Position numbers and translations under genes: made by a program. Under the pieces are notes generated by a model. It saw nothing but the letters and a program-made list of their open reading frames with translations. It ran no database searches and was not told the DNA's origin. Positions 1 through 11,869 of a stretch of 64,000 nt of DNA are shown piece by piece. Origin of the DNA: Chlorokybus atmophyticus (Eukaryota; Plantae; Mesostigma and Chlorokybus algae); assembly GCA_009103225.1 (NCBI GenBank), contig RHPI01000638.1:372001-436000 (forward strand), read 5' to 3'. How positions within the stretch are numbered: position 1 is the stretch's first letter; each line of letters opens with the position of its first letter.

Positions 1-123
1 TTTAAATGGTTGGTGGAAAACGTCATCAAGGTAGCTCTGGTTGGCCTTGCGTGTCTTCTGTTCCTGTGGCTGTTTCCTGGACGTCGGCGATTTGTCAGAT
101 TCATCATGAAGTGGCTCCGTTGA
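1..123 (+). CDS. 3' end of a paralog (copy E) of the unknown membrane-anchored family; gene starts before the window
   Basis: Frame 1 reads FKWLVENVIKVALVGLACLLFLWLFPGRRRFVRFIMKWLR-stop. It aligns with copy B (FKWLMEGIVKASLVGILCVLWLFPG). DNA 60-280 matches the reverse complement of ~15130-15400. Confidence 0.65.
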   Translation, partial: FKWLVENVIKVALVGLACLLFLWLFPGRRRFVRFIMKWLR

Positions 124-778
124 AGCAGCGCAGTGGTCTAGCCAAAGGGCTTTCTTGTTTCGGACTTGCGTGTAAGCAGAGAGGTACGCTTGTTTGAACT
201 GGAACCCATGTAGCAGCTTGTGATGAGCTGTAAGGTGGACCATGGACGTCATGTATGTGAGCGTGGTGTTTTTGTAGCTAGAACAGCCTGCTACCGGTAG
301 TGATTCCTCGCGCGCGCCCGCACACATACACCTCACGGCTGTCAGAAGGTCCTGAATGCGACCAGAATAATGTCATGGCTCTTGCTACTGGGCAATAACC
401 GAGTCTTGCCTGCGTACATGACAAGCTTTGATGGGCAATAGAACGATTGTAGTCACTGCTGACGCGGTGTTGCAAATCGTGCGCGCGAGTAGCCAGGTGA
501 TGCAATAGTGCAAATTGGGATGAGTGTGCGTATTGGCCCATATGCATGTACAATGTGTTTCAACCATCTTACATGTGTTCACCAGCATTTCAACCTTTTC
601 TATACAGCTCAGCACACGCAGCAACATGCAGCATGCATCCGGTACAGTATTTGCAAGCCTCTGAGAGGTATCAGCATCACAACGTGTGACAATGAGAAGC
701 CTTCACTACAAACGGTGGGTATATGTGTTTATGTCTTACACAATCCCTGCATCCTATGTTATACAAGTGGCAACCCGT

Positions 779-781
<3 letters not shown>

Positions 782-830
<49 letters not shown>
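782..830. repeat. (GA)n microsatellite running into an assembly gap
   Basis: Perfect GA dinucleotide run, followed by N at 831-1436. Confidence 0.95.
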
Positions 831-1436
831 NNNNNNNNNNNNNNNNNNNNNNNNNNNNNNNNNNNNNNNNNNNNNNNNNNNNNNNNNNNNNNNNNNNNNN
901 NNNNNNNNNNNNNNNNNNNNNNNNNNNNNNNNNNNNNNNNNNNNNNNNNNNNNNNNNNNNNNNNNNNNNNNNNNNNNNNNNNNNNNNNNNNNNNNNNNNN
1001 NNNNNNNNNNNNNNNNNNNNNNNNNNNNNNNNNNNNNNNNNNNNNNNNNNNNNNNNNNNNNNNNNNNNNNNNNNNNNNNNNNNNNNNNNNNNNNNNNNNN
1101 NNNNNNNNNNNNNNNNNNNNNNNNNNNNNNNNNNNNNNNNNNNNNNNNNNNNNNNNNNNNNNNNNNNNNNNNNNNNNNNNNNNNNNNNNNNNNNNNNNNN
1201 NNNNNNNNNNNNNNNNNNNNNNNNNNNNNNNNNNNNNNNNNNNNNNNNNNNNNNNNNNNNNNNNNNNNNNNNNNNNNNNNNNNNNNNNNNNNNNNNNNNN
1301 NNNNNNNNNNNNNNNNNNNNNNNNNNNNNNNNNNNNNNNNNNNNNNNNNNNNNNNNNNNNNNNNNNNNNNNNNNNNNNNNNNNNNNNNNNNNNNNNNNNN
1401 NNNNNNNNNNNNNNNNNNNNNNNNNNNNNNNNNNNN
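831..1436. other. Assembly gap (N run); further gaps at 17136-17308 and 58573-58676
   Basis: N characters; each gap is bordered by a microsatellite or a G/C homopolymer. Confidence 0.99.
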
Positions 1437-1444
1437 GGGGGGGG

Positions 1445-2400
1445 CTGCAGTTGCATCGCATGTGCGCGCATACATGCACATGCACACACATGCGCACGTG
1501 TGCTTCCCTGCCTTACCTTAGATGTCACGTTCACTGAGCGTCCGCATGCCATATAATATCATCTGAACTGAAAAACTCTCACTGCGTTCACAGTCAAGAT
1601 CTGCAAGTATTCCGCACCGCGTACGCTGGTTGTTTGTGCTCACTCGTCACAGTGTTCTTGTTGTGCAGACATGATGGTGCTACCGAGTGGCGTTGACGTG
1701 CATGCACACAAGCCACCAATTAGTTGAGTAAGGTCACATGTTGCAAGGGATGCCTCAGTCTGTTGCCTGGTCCAGTGAGTGTTCAGCGCAATGCTCATGG
1801 CGGGGAACATGAACTCACGCTGTGTTAGGCAAGCATCTTTACGCCGGCACACTAGATGCCAGCCTGCTGAGCAGGCTGACACCGTCTGTTCATTATGCAC
1901 GCTGCCATGTCAGCTTGCAGCAACACACCTCCTTTTTAACTTGAACGAGTTGACTGTTCACAATGAGCGGCAGCCATGGCATGGTAAGTGCTTAAGCTTG
2001 CGTGCAAAGGCAGTCCGTTTTTTTATGCGGGTCAGCTGGTCAGCAAGGAAAGCGGAGACTTGACTACTACCACTGGCTTCCAAATGCCTAGAATACGAAA
2101 ACCATATTGAAAATCAACAAGCACAGACAACGTTGAATTGGCTCATCAGGCAATCACAGAAGCACATGGTGTCGCACTTGATCAAGCCAGCTGCAGCCAC
2201 AGTCTTAGCCACCACCAGTTGGTTGGTTGCAACCAATCGGCGAGCTTGCAGCGGAGCGGAGGCGCCTTAGGCAGGGGCGGGGGGCCACTGCTAGGTACAT
2301 CGCTAGGCTCACCCCTCACACACACAAAGCTGAGCTCACACTCGCTGTCCCTCCGTGCCGCCTCCTCCTCTCTTCCCCCACGTCGCGTAACGCGCAAGTG
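1445..2400 (-). pseudogene. 5' fragment (A') of a C-type paralog, divergent from copy A, ending at the gap
   Basis: Reverse complement aligns with 13600-14560 and, more loosely, 18880-19640. It includes the segments ...VNSQLVQVKKE|gt and gtgcggaatacttgcag, matching copy C exons. Confidence 0.45.
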
Positions 2401-3624
2401 CACCAGCCCAGCACGGCCCGCGCTGCACGGGGCTGCCGGGTCCCTGCGAACCGTTGGGCGCGTCAACGAGTGTGGTGCGCATCCACAGTCCCTAACCACT
2501 AGGTACCCTAACCCCTGCTGTAGGGTACACGCTGGGGCATGATGTAGTACACCACCACCCAGGCTAGTGGCAGACGTCAATTTAACGGCGGTCAGACACC
2601 CCACCCCGCGCAGCTGAGCTCGCTGCCGGCTGCCGTGAGGTGGCGGTGGCGCTGCTGTTGTTGGTGGCGGTGGTGCCTACGGCCAAGCTCGGCGTAGGGA
2701 AGGGGAGGTGCGGAGGCTGCTGCGGCTGGAGGGGCGTGTGGACCCCTACTCTGGGCTTCGGGGCCCGCTAGCAGGTGTGATATGCATGCTACGCTACCTG
2801 CAGCGGACATGCTGTGGTGAATGTGCTTGGGTTGCTTATGCCAAGCCCACGTTGGCGACGACGTCAGTGCAATGTTACACAAAGAACACATTATTATTGG
2901 CATGCCAAGCACATTGGCTGGCCCACCTAGCCGCAAGCTCACCCAGTGGGAACTTGATAGCTGAAGCGCGGCTGGTAGCTGAAGCTAGCGTGCGCTTGCT
3001 GGTCATTTGCTGGTCGCGAGCAACTGATAGTATGCACGGGAAAAGCTTGACGCATGCCAGTGTTTAGAGTTGCAGCATGTGCCTAACCAGCCCTGCCGCT
3101 GTTCTCGTGGCCGGGGATGAACATGCACACAGTGACAGTTGCCTTGACTTTTTCCCTGCTCGCAAATATGTCTGCGTATACATCTTTTGGTGACGACGGC
3201 TGAGTGAGTGGGTGCAGAGAACGTGACGTAATCGCTACCCCTGAATTGGTTTTGTCTTTCAGATCATAAACACCAATTCAATGCACACACTCAGGTTCGA
3301 CATATTAACACAAGCGGACAACAGGTCCAGCTTGCGTGTGCAGTGTGGAACCGATGCACAGGCAATTCTTAGCATCTCAAATAACCACTCCAACCGCATG
3401 GTGACAATGGTTGACTGTTAACAACAGCAATTGCTGACGCTGCGCATGCCGCTTCCATGAATAGCTATAGCTTTTTGATGACATGCTGCTAGACGTCTCC
3501 ACGTGCAGTCTAATGCGTTCATGTGGACATGTGCGCAGGTCATATTGCCTCCGTCGATCGTGACAGCAACGATTGCTGTTGGACTGCAACTACTGAAGGC
3601 TAACGCTCAGTAGCTAACATGGCG

Positions 3625-5488
3625 ATGGCTGTGTCTGCGACACTGCTAGTACACAGTGAGTGCCAGTATGCAGGCTTCTGTGTGCATGTGCGAGCTCAAT
3701 GCAGGCGCTTTTGGTATCCGTGCATGCGTGCATCGGTCCGCGTGTGTGTACAGCCGCATGCGTGCTAGTGTTGAACTGCATTATGGGCAGGAGCTCACTT
3801 GCCAGCCTGCACTACCCATTTACCTTTCAGAGAGTCCAGGCGGTCTGTACCCATCAAGACCGGTACGTGCTTCCTCATGTCAGTGTTTGCTTCTTGTTAG
3901 CATTGTTCTTCAGGGCTGCCTGTTGGACTGTACGCTTACACAGTCTGCTCACACCTACACGCAAAAACAAGCCTCTGCAATGCAGGCTACATGCGGAAGT
4001 TTGCACCAGGAGTTGTACGAACAACCCGCTTGCAAACAAACTGCCAACAAGAGCGGGCGCGGCTACCACTTAGTACAAGCCCAGAAGGTATGCAGTCGCT
4101 GCAGTGGCTTTGTTGCTCGGTTTCAAAGACAACGCTCTTGTACAACTTGCTTTCATAGCAGGCGCTTTCCCTGACAGCTCCGCAAGTTCCAATGACTCTG
4201 CACTCGAGCAGCTCCCAGACGAACAACAGGCAAGTGAGCAATGATGCTTGATTCATAGTTGTGTGATTATGATGGGGTATTTGGAAACCAACACATGCGC
4301 ACTCATATTGTAACTGAATCATGTAGTTAAATCACACAGGTGAGCGAGCACTTCTGGCTCTTACCGGGAGGTGTATGCACAGCAATGCTGGTTCCATGCA
4401 AACTCCGCCCGCCACTGTCTGTTGAGCTGATGGAGGTTATCCGCAACTGCGCACCGGAAGCAAATGACAGCAGTGCAGACAGCGTCATTGCCTACGCAAA
4501 GCGAGCGCTGGAGATGGTCGCACAGGATGAAAAGTCCAGAAGATACCAGTCCAACTTTGAAGGACGGGCCCTGTTGTTCAATTACAATGGCAGGGCGGCG
4601 GAGAGTTTCTCTTGGGAAGACTTGGCATTAGCTGCGGGGGTAGCGCAGTTGTTCAAGGTGTGCAAGCGCGATTACCAGCTGACCAACTTCGGCAATGCGA
4701 AGAGTGTTGTGTTTGTGGGAGACTCTGCACGCGCACATGCGGCCGCATACGTGTATGGTGCGATCTACATTGCAGAACAGAATGCACGGAACCAGTGGCG
4801 TCAGGTGAGCATTGACAGCAGTGCAGATAAACATGAATGCATAGTATAACCAGAAGACAGGGGTGGCCGTTGGCGTCTGATGTTGTTCAGCTGCCGTTGC
4901 TGCACAATGATAGAATCCAACACATGCGTGCGTGTCTGACTTCTCTGAATGCCTCCCTGGTACACGCCTTTGCACAAGCGCGTGCATGTAGTGATCTGAG
5001 CAAAGGCGTGTAGCAGGGAGAGGGATACCTTAATCAACCATAACTTACATTGCTTTATGTGTGTTTGGCAGCAAAGGAGCAACAGCGTGGTGGGTGTGGG
5101 TGACGTCAAGTTGTATTCGAACTTAGCTGAATGCATGAGGCACTGGACGGTCACCGTGCTGAAGGGTATCGGCGCAACCGACATGATTGACGTCCTGCGC
5201 AAAATTGACGGCACTTTTTTCGAACTCAAGTACAAGACCCTCAGCACCGTCCATGATTTGGAAGAATTGTGCGACTCTCCGCCCAGACGCCAGTGGTGTG
5301 TCGAGAAGATCCGCGACAGAGCCTTGCAAGCCGCATTGGTGGCCGCTGTATGCGTCGCGCTGTTGCTGTTGTGTCAGCTTCTGACACAGCAGCTCGGCAT
5401 ATTTGTCGTCAAAGGCGCATTCCTGGTCTTTTTGCTTTGTCTTTCCTTGTTTTTGGTTTGTGTTTTTGTTTACATAGTACTTACTTGA
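3625..5488 (+). CDS. Copy A: intact unknown protein of about 360 aa with two C-terminal hydrophobic helices
   Basis: Exons 3625-3655, 3986-4087, 4162-4229, 4340-4804 and 5072-5488 splice in phase into one ORF (MAVSATLLVHSYMRKF...VSEHFWLLPG...VVFVGDSARAHAAAYVYGAIY...VGVGDVKLY...CMRHW...TM). Each exon has homologs in copies B, C or D. The start Met is chosen because it is conserved in A, B and D while upstream sequence carries stops and indels. Confidence 0.7.
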
Positions 5489-8400
5489 TGAAATTGTCCT
5501 TGGATATATGGCTTCAATAGCTCTTTTTGTTTTACCGTTGGCCCTTGAACTGATTGCTCTATATTATTTTAGACTATTTGTTTCTGTGATTAGCTTTGCA
5601 ACTTGTGCGTCATCACTCAGCAGATGTGTACGAAAGTTGAATGTGCTACGTGTGCACATGCGTGCAGGTAACCAATTAACTGTGAGCATGCATGCATGAC
5701 TAACGGGGATGGTTAGTCGGTAGGTAGGCTATAGTTGTTAGCTAGCCCGGTGGTTGTGTATGGTGATATCATTGATGAGTGTAGACAATGTGTTGCTGTT
5801 GGGCTGGCATGTAAACATGGAATGTGTGACCTTGCATGCACGAAATCCCCATTCCACCTTTTATACATAATAAGCATACGATAAAGAGTCGTGTTGTGAG
5901 ATGGACACTGAACGCCATTCCATAAGTGATGTATTATAATCCATTTCACCCTACTTGCATGTCTTATTGTTGGCGACAATAGCAACCACTAAAATGTTAC
6001 TTACCGCCTTTCGGTTTATTATTGCGCATATGCTATATGCACAACATTGTTGATGCATGCCGCATAGAGGTGTTTAACCTGATTGAACTCCATAGCGCAG
6101 CATGTGCTCAATAAAATTAAACATGGGAACACTGTCTCCCTCCCCACAGCCTTGTGTGTATAGAAAATCGAAGATGCTATCGCATCCATGCAATAATACA
6201 TCACACTACCATACCCCTTATATACACACGTTGAACATGATGTACAATGCACGCCAATAGCAAATGTACACATACTTTCTTACTACTTCACACATGTTCA
6301 AAAACCGGGCTGCCTACCCAAGCAACTCCATGACTACGCCCAGAATGTCATTCATGCAAGCACACATGCGCAATCATTACCTACACACAGCCATGGTGTC
6401 AACACCGACTTCATACATTGTCGAGGACGACAACACGACCCCCCCGCCGCCGCTACCGAACCCTCGACCACCCGCAACCCAAATCGCTGCGGCTTCACAT
6501 GTACTACATTAAAGCTAGTAGTCGTGGTGTACTTTGGGGGGGGGTTACGGTTTGTTCAAACACAGCATGCATAGCACTCCCTCATTGTTGGCTTGTGGTG
6601 TGTGGGGGGGGCATGCCATGAGCACTCGTTGCCATGCATAATTCACACACCTGTAAGGTCCCAATGAACACACTAGTCACAAGGCCTCACACACTGCAAG
6701 GCAGGGCAGGCTATACATGGTCTTTACATCTATGTACACCTACACATAAATGGCCGCTCTGCCCCAACACCACATATATCCTGTAGATGCCTCACTTGAT
6801 GCGGGGGATCCAGATTCCAAAGTTGCAAAAACGCAGCCTGAATGCGGGGAGGCAGGCAAGCAGAGCGCGTAGGGAGCACCGCGCTCGGGGGGGGGGGGGG
6901 GTCCTTGAGCAAGTAGCACCCCTCAAGGCACCTCACATGGATGCACCATGGGTAGTAATCCTATGAGAAGGGCACCACCGGCTTCCCGCATCATCCACCT
7001 AAATCGGACGAGAACGCAGCAAGGGGCCTAGCCAATTCAGTATAATGCGCACCATAATGTTATTAACACCATGCTGCATCACACAGCACTGTGTTCTACA
7101 CATACCTGCCCTGTTGACCATCATGATATAGCAAAACGGGGCGACCACCTTTGCGGTTGAGACACCACCACTCGCGTACGCACCGTGGGCGCCCTCCCTC
7201 CCGCACAAGAAGATGTTCCGTCCAAGGTTTGGTGACCTTGGTGATAAGGTCCACGCCAACAGATACATTAGCTGCATGTGCTACCGTGATGCGAAGAGTC
7301 TATCTGCGCCACACTGGGAACGAGACCCGCACTCACGATGCCAGCATCCGCTTTGTTGGGCCATGTGTAGCATTTCGGCATCACTAATGGGTTGGCCTTG
7401 CCCGCCGCCTCAATCAACAAAACCGTGTGTGCAATTAAGGCAACATTTCCTTCAGACTGCCACCTCAGCCATACAGAAGCAGCACTTAAACCGGATCAAC
7501 ACCAAGGTCAATTTTGGTCATCATCGATGAGTGAAGAGCTTCCCGCACGAATCAATGGACCGGATGTAAGAACACGAACGGTTACGGCAATTACAGGCGA
7601 TGTAATTGATACAATGGTAGGAGTACCAATGAGCATTCTCAACTATGCAGCTGGTAATGCAAGTCCCCATTGTTAGCTTTTCTGAGTGCATGCTTCTTGC
7701 TTGAACCTTTACAATAAGCATTTGGTTCTTGTTTCTTCTTTTTTGAGTGCGAGTGCTGTGAGAATGCATTGGTGTTGTGAGCATACTGCATGCCGTCCGA
7801 GAGTGCATATATAGCAATAATATTCTCGTCAACCTGCAACGGACCCAGTGCGACCATACCAAAAGCTGACCATATCCTCTCTACACCAGTAACATGTACG
7901 GTACTTTGCATTGCATGCTTACATCATCAATAATTATTAACTGCATACAGCGAGCATTGAGAGCGACTTAACACCAACTCCAAGTGAACTATTCTGTATT
8001 CATATACGAGATCACCATATTGTGAGTGCATGCATATGCATTAGTGTTTTCATATCTCGAGTCTTGACACCTACCAATAGGACAACCATTGACAGTTACA
8101 TTTTTATACATCATGATAATCTCACATCTCCTTAATGCATGGGCTCATAGGAAAGCTCGCTGTTCTAGCGTCAACATTCATTTTCAAACTTCGGGCACGT
8201 TGAGGTCCAGAACACACAGTGAGTGACATCGCCAATGCAAAGGGAGCACAAGTTCTTCATATGCATATTGTACAGTTACACACAACCCAGAAGCCTATGC
8301 GAGCCGTACACATATGTACAAAAGCTATACAGCTATACACTTGTATACAATGCAGAGTCTCTACTTTGACCAGCGCCAATCCACGACACTCTTGTGCTTT

Positions 8401-9249
8401 TAGAGCGGGTTGGTCTGCCAATGCATGTTGCTGCATCCGTGCTCGTGGCATGAGCGACCCCATACATGGCGTGCGTTCTTTTCCTAGCCTCACTGCGCTC
8501 GAGGAGGCCTCTTGCGCACAGGGCACCATCGCTGTACGGCGCCGCCCACCCAAAGCATAAGGTTATAAGCTCCCAGATGGGGCCCACTTTGTCACAACCA
8601 TCTCGGCCATGGTAGCAAAAGTCGCTGCCATGAGAGGAGGCATAGCGATTTTATGAATCATCATGAAGCACGGCGTTACACACCGAGTCCCCAGGTTCAT
8701 CTTTATGGTACGGGTGCAGCACCTGGCGGCCATGGTGACGGAAGGGGGTTAAAAACGTAGAGGGGAAGGGGACATTGTTATCATTGTAGTCCTCCTCCTA
8801 CGGCGGCGGCCAGCCCATAGGGATGTCGTAGCACAAGGGGTTTGCCTCCGCTGCACTGACAATAAGCCCACGCTCACGGCACTAGGTCTGCCGCCGCCGC
8901 CATCGTGGACAGGCCAACTCACATGCACAGGATCAAGCGCGTACAGCCTAAGGCATTGTTTCGTTGCCGTCATCTGAATTCCCGAGAGGCAACACTTGGA
9001 ACTCATCATAGAGTAGGTTATCGAGTACTAGCCTACACGACAGCTATCTGCACGACAAGGGGGACAATGCCACTGACTCATACAATGTTTCAAATGTGGT
9101 TGAAGATTCAACCTTCACATCATATGGTATGATGTAGCGGAGAGCACTAAAGCATAAAATGGTAGTAAGTGCCTGCACGATACTAGCCGCACTAGTCTCT
9201 TGTGCAAGAGGGATCGGATCTCTTTAGTCCACCACTATTCCGCTTCTCG

Positions 9250-9750
9250 TCAATGATGCCCACAAAGGATTGGTTTGAGTTGTTGGCATGTGCAGTAATT
9301 TGGAGGGATGCGGTTCAACCAAGTTGATGTGCTTGACAATAAGGTGTGGACAGGCACAGGACACAAGGGAAGGGTTGTTGCCGCAGGAGGCAATTTGATT
9401 TCATTGCAGTGCTGTGTAAAAAAGATATATATGCCACATTTACTGTGAGGCTCTGCATGATGTGCAGCTTGAAGCCGCCTACTGCATGGCATGTGCCGTG
9501 CTACCAAATTTCTCATGATAATCAGTGGTCAAGTTGTATGATAATTATTTGATAATTAGTTTTTAAGGGTACCACTAGTAGCTGTATGTTGATACATAAT
9601 GTATTGACATAATGTATGTGCACGTGTGCGTGTTTATATGTGCACGTGTACTCTTGCGCGTGTGCGCATATAATATGCGAGGTACTTTTTTGCGCGCGCA
9701 TGCCTCTGTGCGAGCAACAATGACTCGCAAACCACTCACTTCCAGTGCAT
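9250..9750 (+). repeat. Decayed dispersed repeat, copy 1
   Basis: ggaagggttgttgccgcaggaggc...tgtgtaaa...gcagcttgaagccgcct...gtgccgtgct recurs inverted at ~11000-11700 and direct at ~26340-26760. Confidence 0.65.
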
Positions 9751-10999
9751 TCATGATTGTGCAATTATACTGGTTGAAGCCATCGGGCTCAAGCTGCTCT
9801 ACAATGAGTATACTTTTATAGCAAGATGATCCACTCACTTCACTACTGTTAGAGTAAGTGGATCATTTACTACTATTAATACCAGCCTATTGCTACATAT
9901 ACTGGCTTCTCTTATAGGACATGCATGCATATTATGGAGTCTTGACTCAATGGGCTACCCGCACTCCTGTGGCATATGAGCATGAGCACTAGTGCATTGC
10001 GCCTGTTGCGCAGGTAATGAAGTCACTACTAAGTAGTATTGTGGTAACTTAGTTACCTCGTGACCATTGTGCCATTGGAGACTTAGTTGTGATCAGTGAT
10101 CATCACTTGCAAGTTACGAGTGACTAACGATCTCCGATAGCACAATGATAGTGACTTGAAGCACCCAAACATCAAACGTGAATTGCACGCGCTCCAAGAG
10201 TCTCCCCCTCCCCCTCTCTCCTTCCCGCCCTCCCTCTCTCCCTCTCTCGTGTGTGTCCTCCCTCCTCTCGTGTTTGTCTCAGGCGAACGATGTGCTTGTT
10301 CTGCAGTGCAAGTCTCAGCCCGATTGCCAACCGTAGGCGGCCTAGGGTCGGCAATGTCCTTCACATACTATTGTCACTGAGTTCAGCTTTGGCGTCCTTG
10401 GGCTGGGTGGCTTGGTTCAGCAACAATAGCAGGTGATGAGGTGCACCCCATGTGGGGTCACCGCACCACTGTACCGGTAGCTTGTGTAGCGAAGCTGCGC
10501 CGCACCTGCGCTGGTGTGACAGTCACACGAGCACACTGCAGCAGGTGTTGCGGCAGCACCAAGCAACATCATCATGAGTGCTCCCCGTGCCATCTTCGCC
10601 TGCTCGCGAGCAGCATTGGGTGTGTGAAGATGTAGTTTGAATCGCGCAACATGCACTATGTGCCGAGTGAGTGTTGTCAGCTTGCCCTTCAGGAGATGGC
10701 AATCGGCTTGCATCGCCAGCAGCAACTACTTCATTACATAAGTATGGGCGCAATCAGTACATGCATATGAAGCGTGTGTACTCCACCACGCTGAATTTGA
10801 TATTATAAGGCCCTCAAATGCGCCACGTGCCGCACCTGGGGGGGTCAACCTCGCGGAGAGCCTCTCCACGACTGAGTGGGCATCCTCGCAAGCATGCCCG
10901 CTCTCCGCGAGGTTGAACCCAGGAGAACCGTACCGTACCATGGTAATGTTTGAGCCAAAAGTATAATGTTGAGGTTTAAGTTGCAGGTTCAAGTTGTGT

Positions 11000-11700
11000 G
11001 CAGCCTGCTTGTCTCGTAAGACATTCGCGCATTGTGCCAACAATGGTAGATATACACCTACCATTGTTGGCACAATGCGCCAACAGTGTGCTCCACGACA
11101 TTGACGATTTTTTTGGACATTGCAGCGCTTGTTGAACCACCATACCTCGATCTTTATGCCAGTGGAGCAGGTTTGCATATGAGAGACACTCTCATTGTGA
11201 CGCGTATACCCGGGTGCTGGAGACTTCTCTTTAGCACACGCACACATGCTGACACACTTACATGTACAAACACACAATCAAGTTATGCCTTTGAATGCCT
11301 TGAAAAACAGTTTATACAACTTGAACTTCAAGATATTAGTACGGCACCGTGCCGTGGCATGTGACATGCCACGGCACAGGCTGCTTCAAGCTGCATATAC
11401 GGCATATGCACACATATGCACCTCTCTTCACACAGAACACTAACAAGCCTCCGGCAGCAATAGCCCCTTCTCTTCTGCCCTCTGCCGTTTTGAACTTGTC
11501 ATTCAATCCAAGTTGATAGTCACGCACCATCCGCAACTGATTGCAACAATCACTCTGCACAACCACGCCAGCAACTGAACCACAACCACCAACGAGGGGA
11601 ATGACTGGCGGAATGGATGCAGTGACTGGTATTGTGCAGGTACCTACCACGCCTTGTGGCTTAATGTTGCATTGCTTCAAGCAATGCAGCAATAAAGTTG
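11000..11700 (-). repeat. Decayed dispersed repeat, copy 2 (inverted)
   Basis: Reverse complement gagggcagaagagaaggggctattgctgccggaggc...tgtgtgaagagagg...gcagcttgaagcagcctg matches 9340-9500 and 26440-26600. Confidence 0.65.
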
Positions 11701-11869
11701 CCCCCCAACTGGACCAACTTTCAAGGCTGAAGTTCAGCCACATTCAGTACATTATATGTCCCAGTGCCAATGGGCCTTCCGGGAAAAGGGGCAAAAATTT
11801 TCCCAGGTGTACTGTAACTGAGCACATGTTGCAAACCACATTTCAAAGTCACTAAGCGCCCTACGCGGC

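Noticed and set aside
677-1556. Long ORFs spanning N runs (also 16889-17526 and 58528-58761)
   Set aside because: Open only because N codons contain no stops.
3600-3603. In-frame TAA in exon 2 of copy A suggesting stop-codon reassignment
   Set aside because: It lies upstream of the conserved Met and is probably 5' UTR. ARI and PSB32 end in TAG, and Gln is encoded normally as CAA/CAG.
6000-9200. Scattered short ORFs suggesting a gene
   Set aside because: No recognisable motif and no consistent exon chain; left unannotated.
9826-10923. Helitron 3' ends suggested by the hairpins
   Set aside because: No CTRR terminus at the expected short distance from either hairpin, and no Rep/helicase trace.
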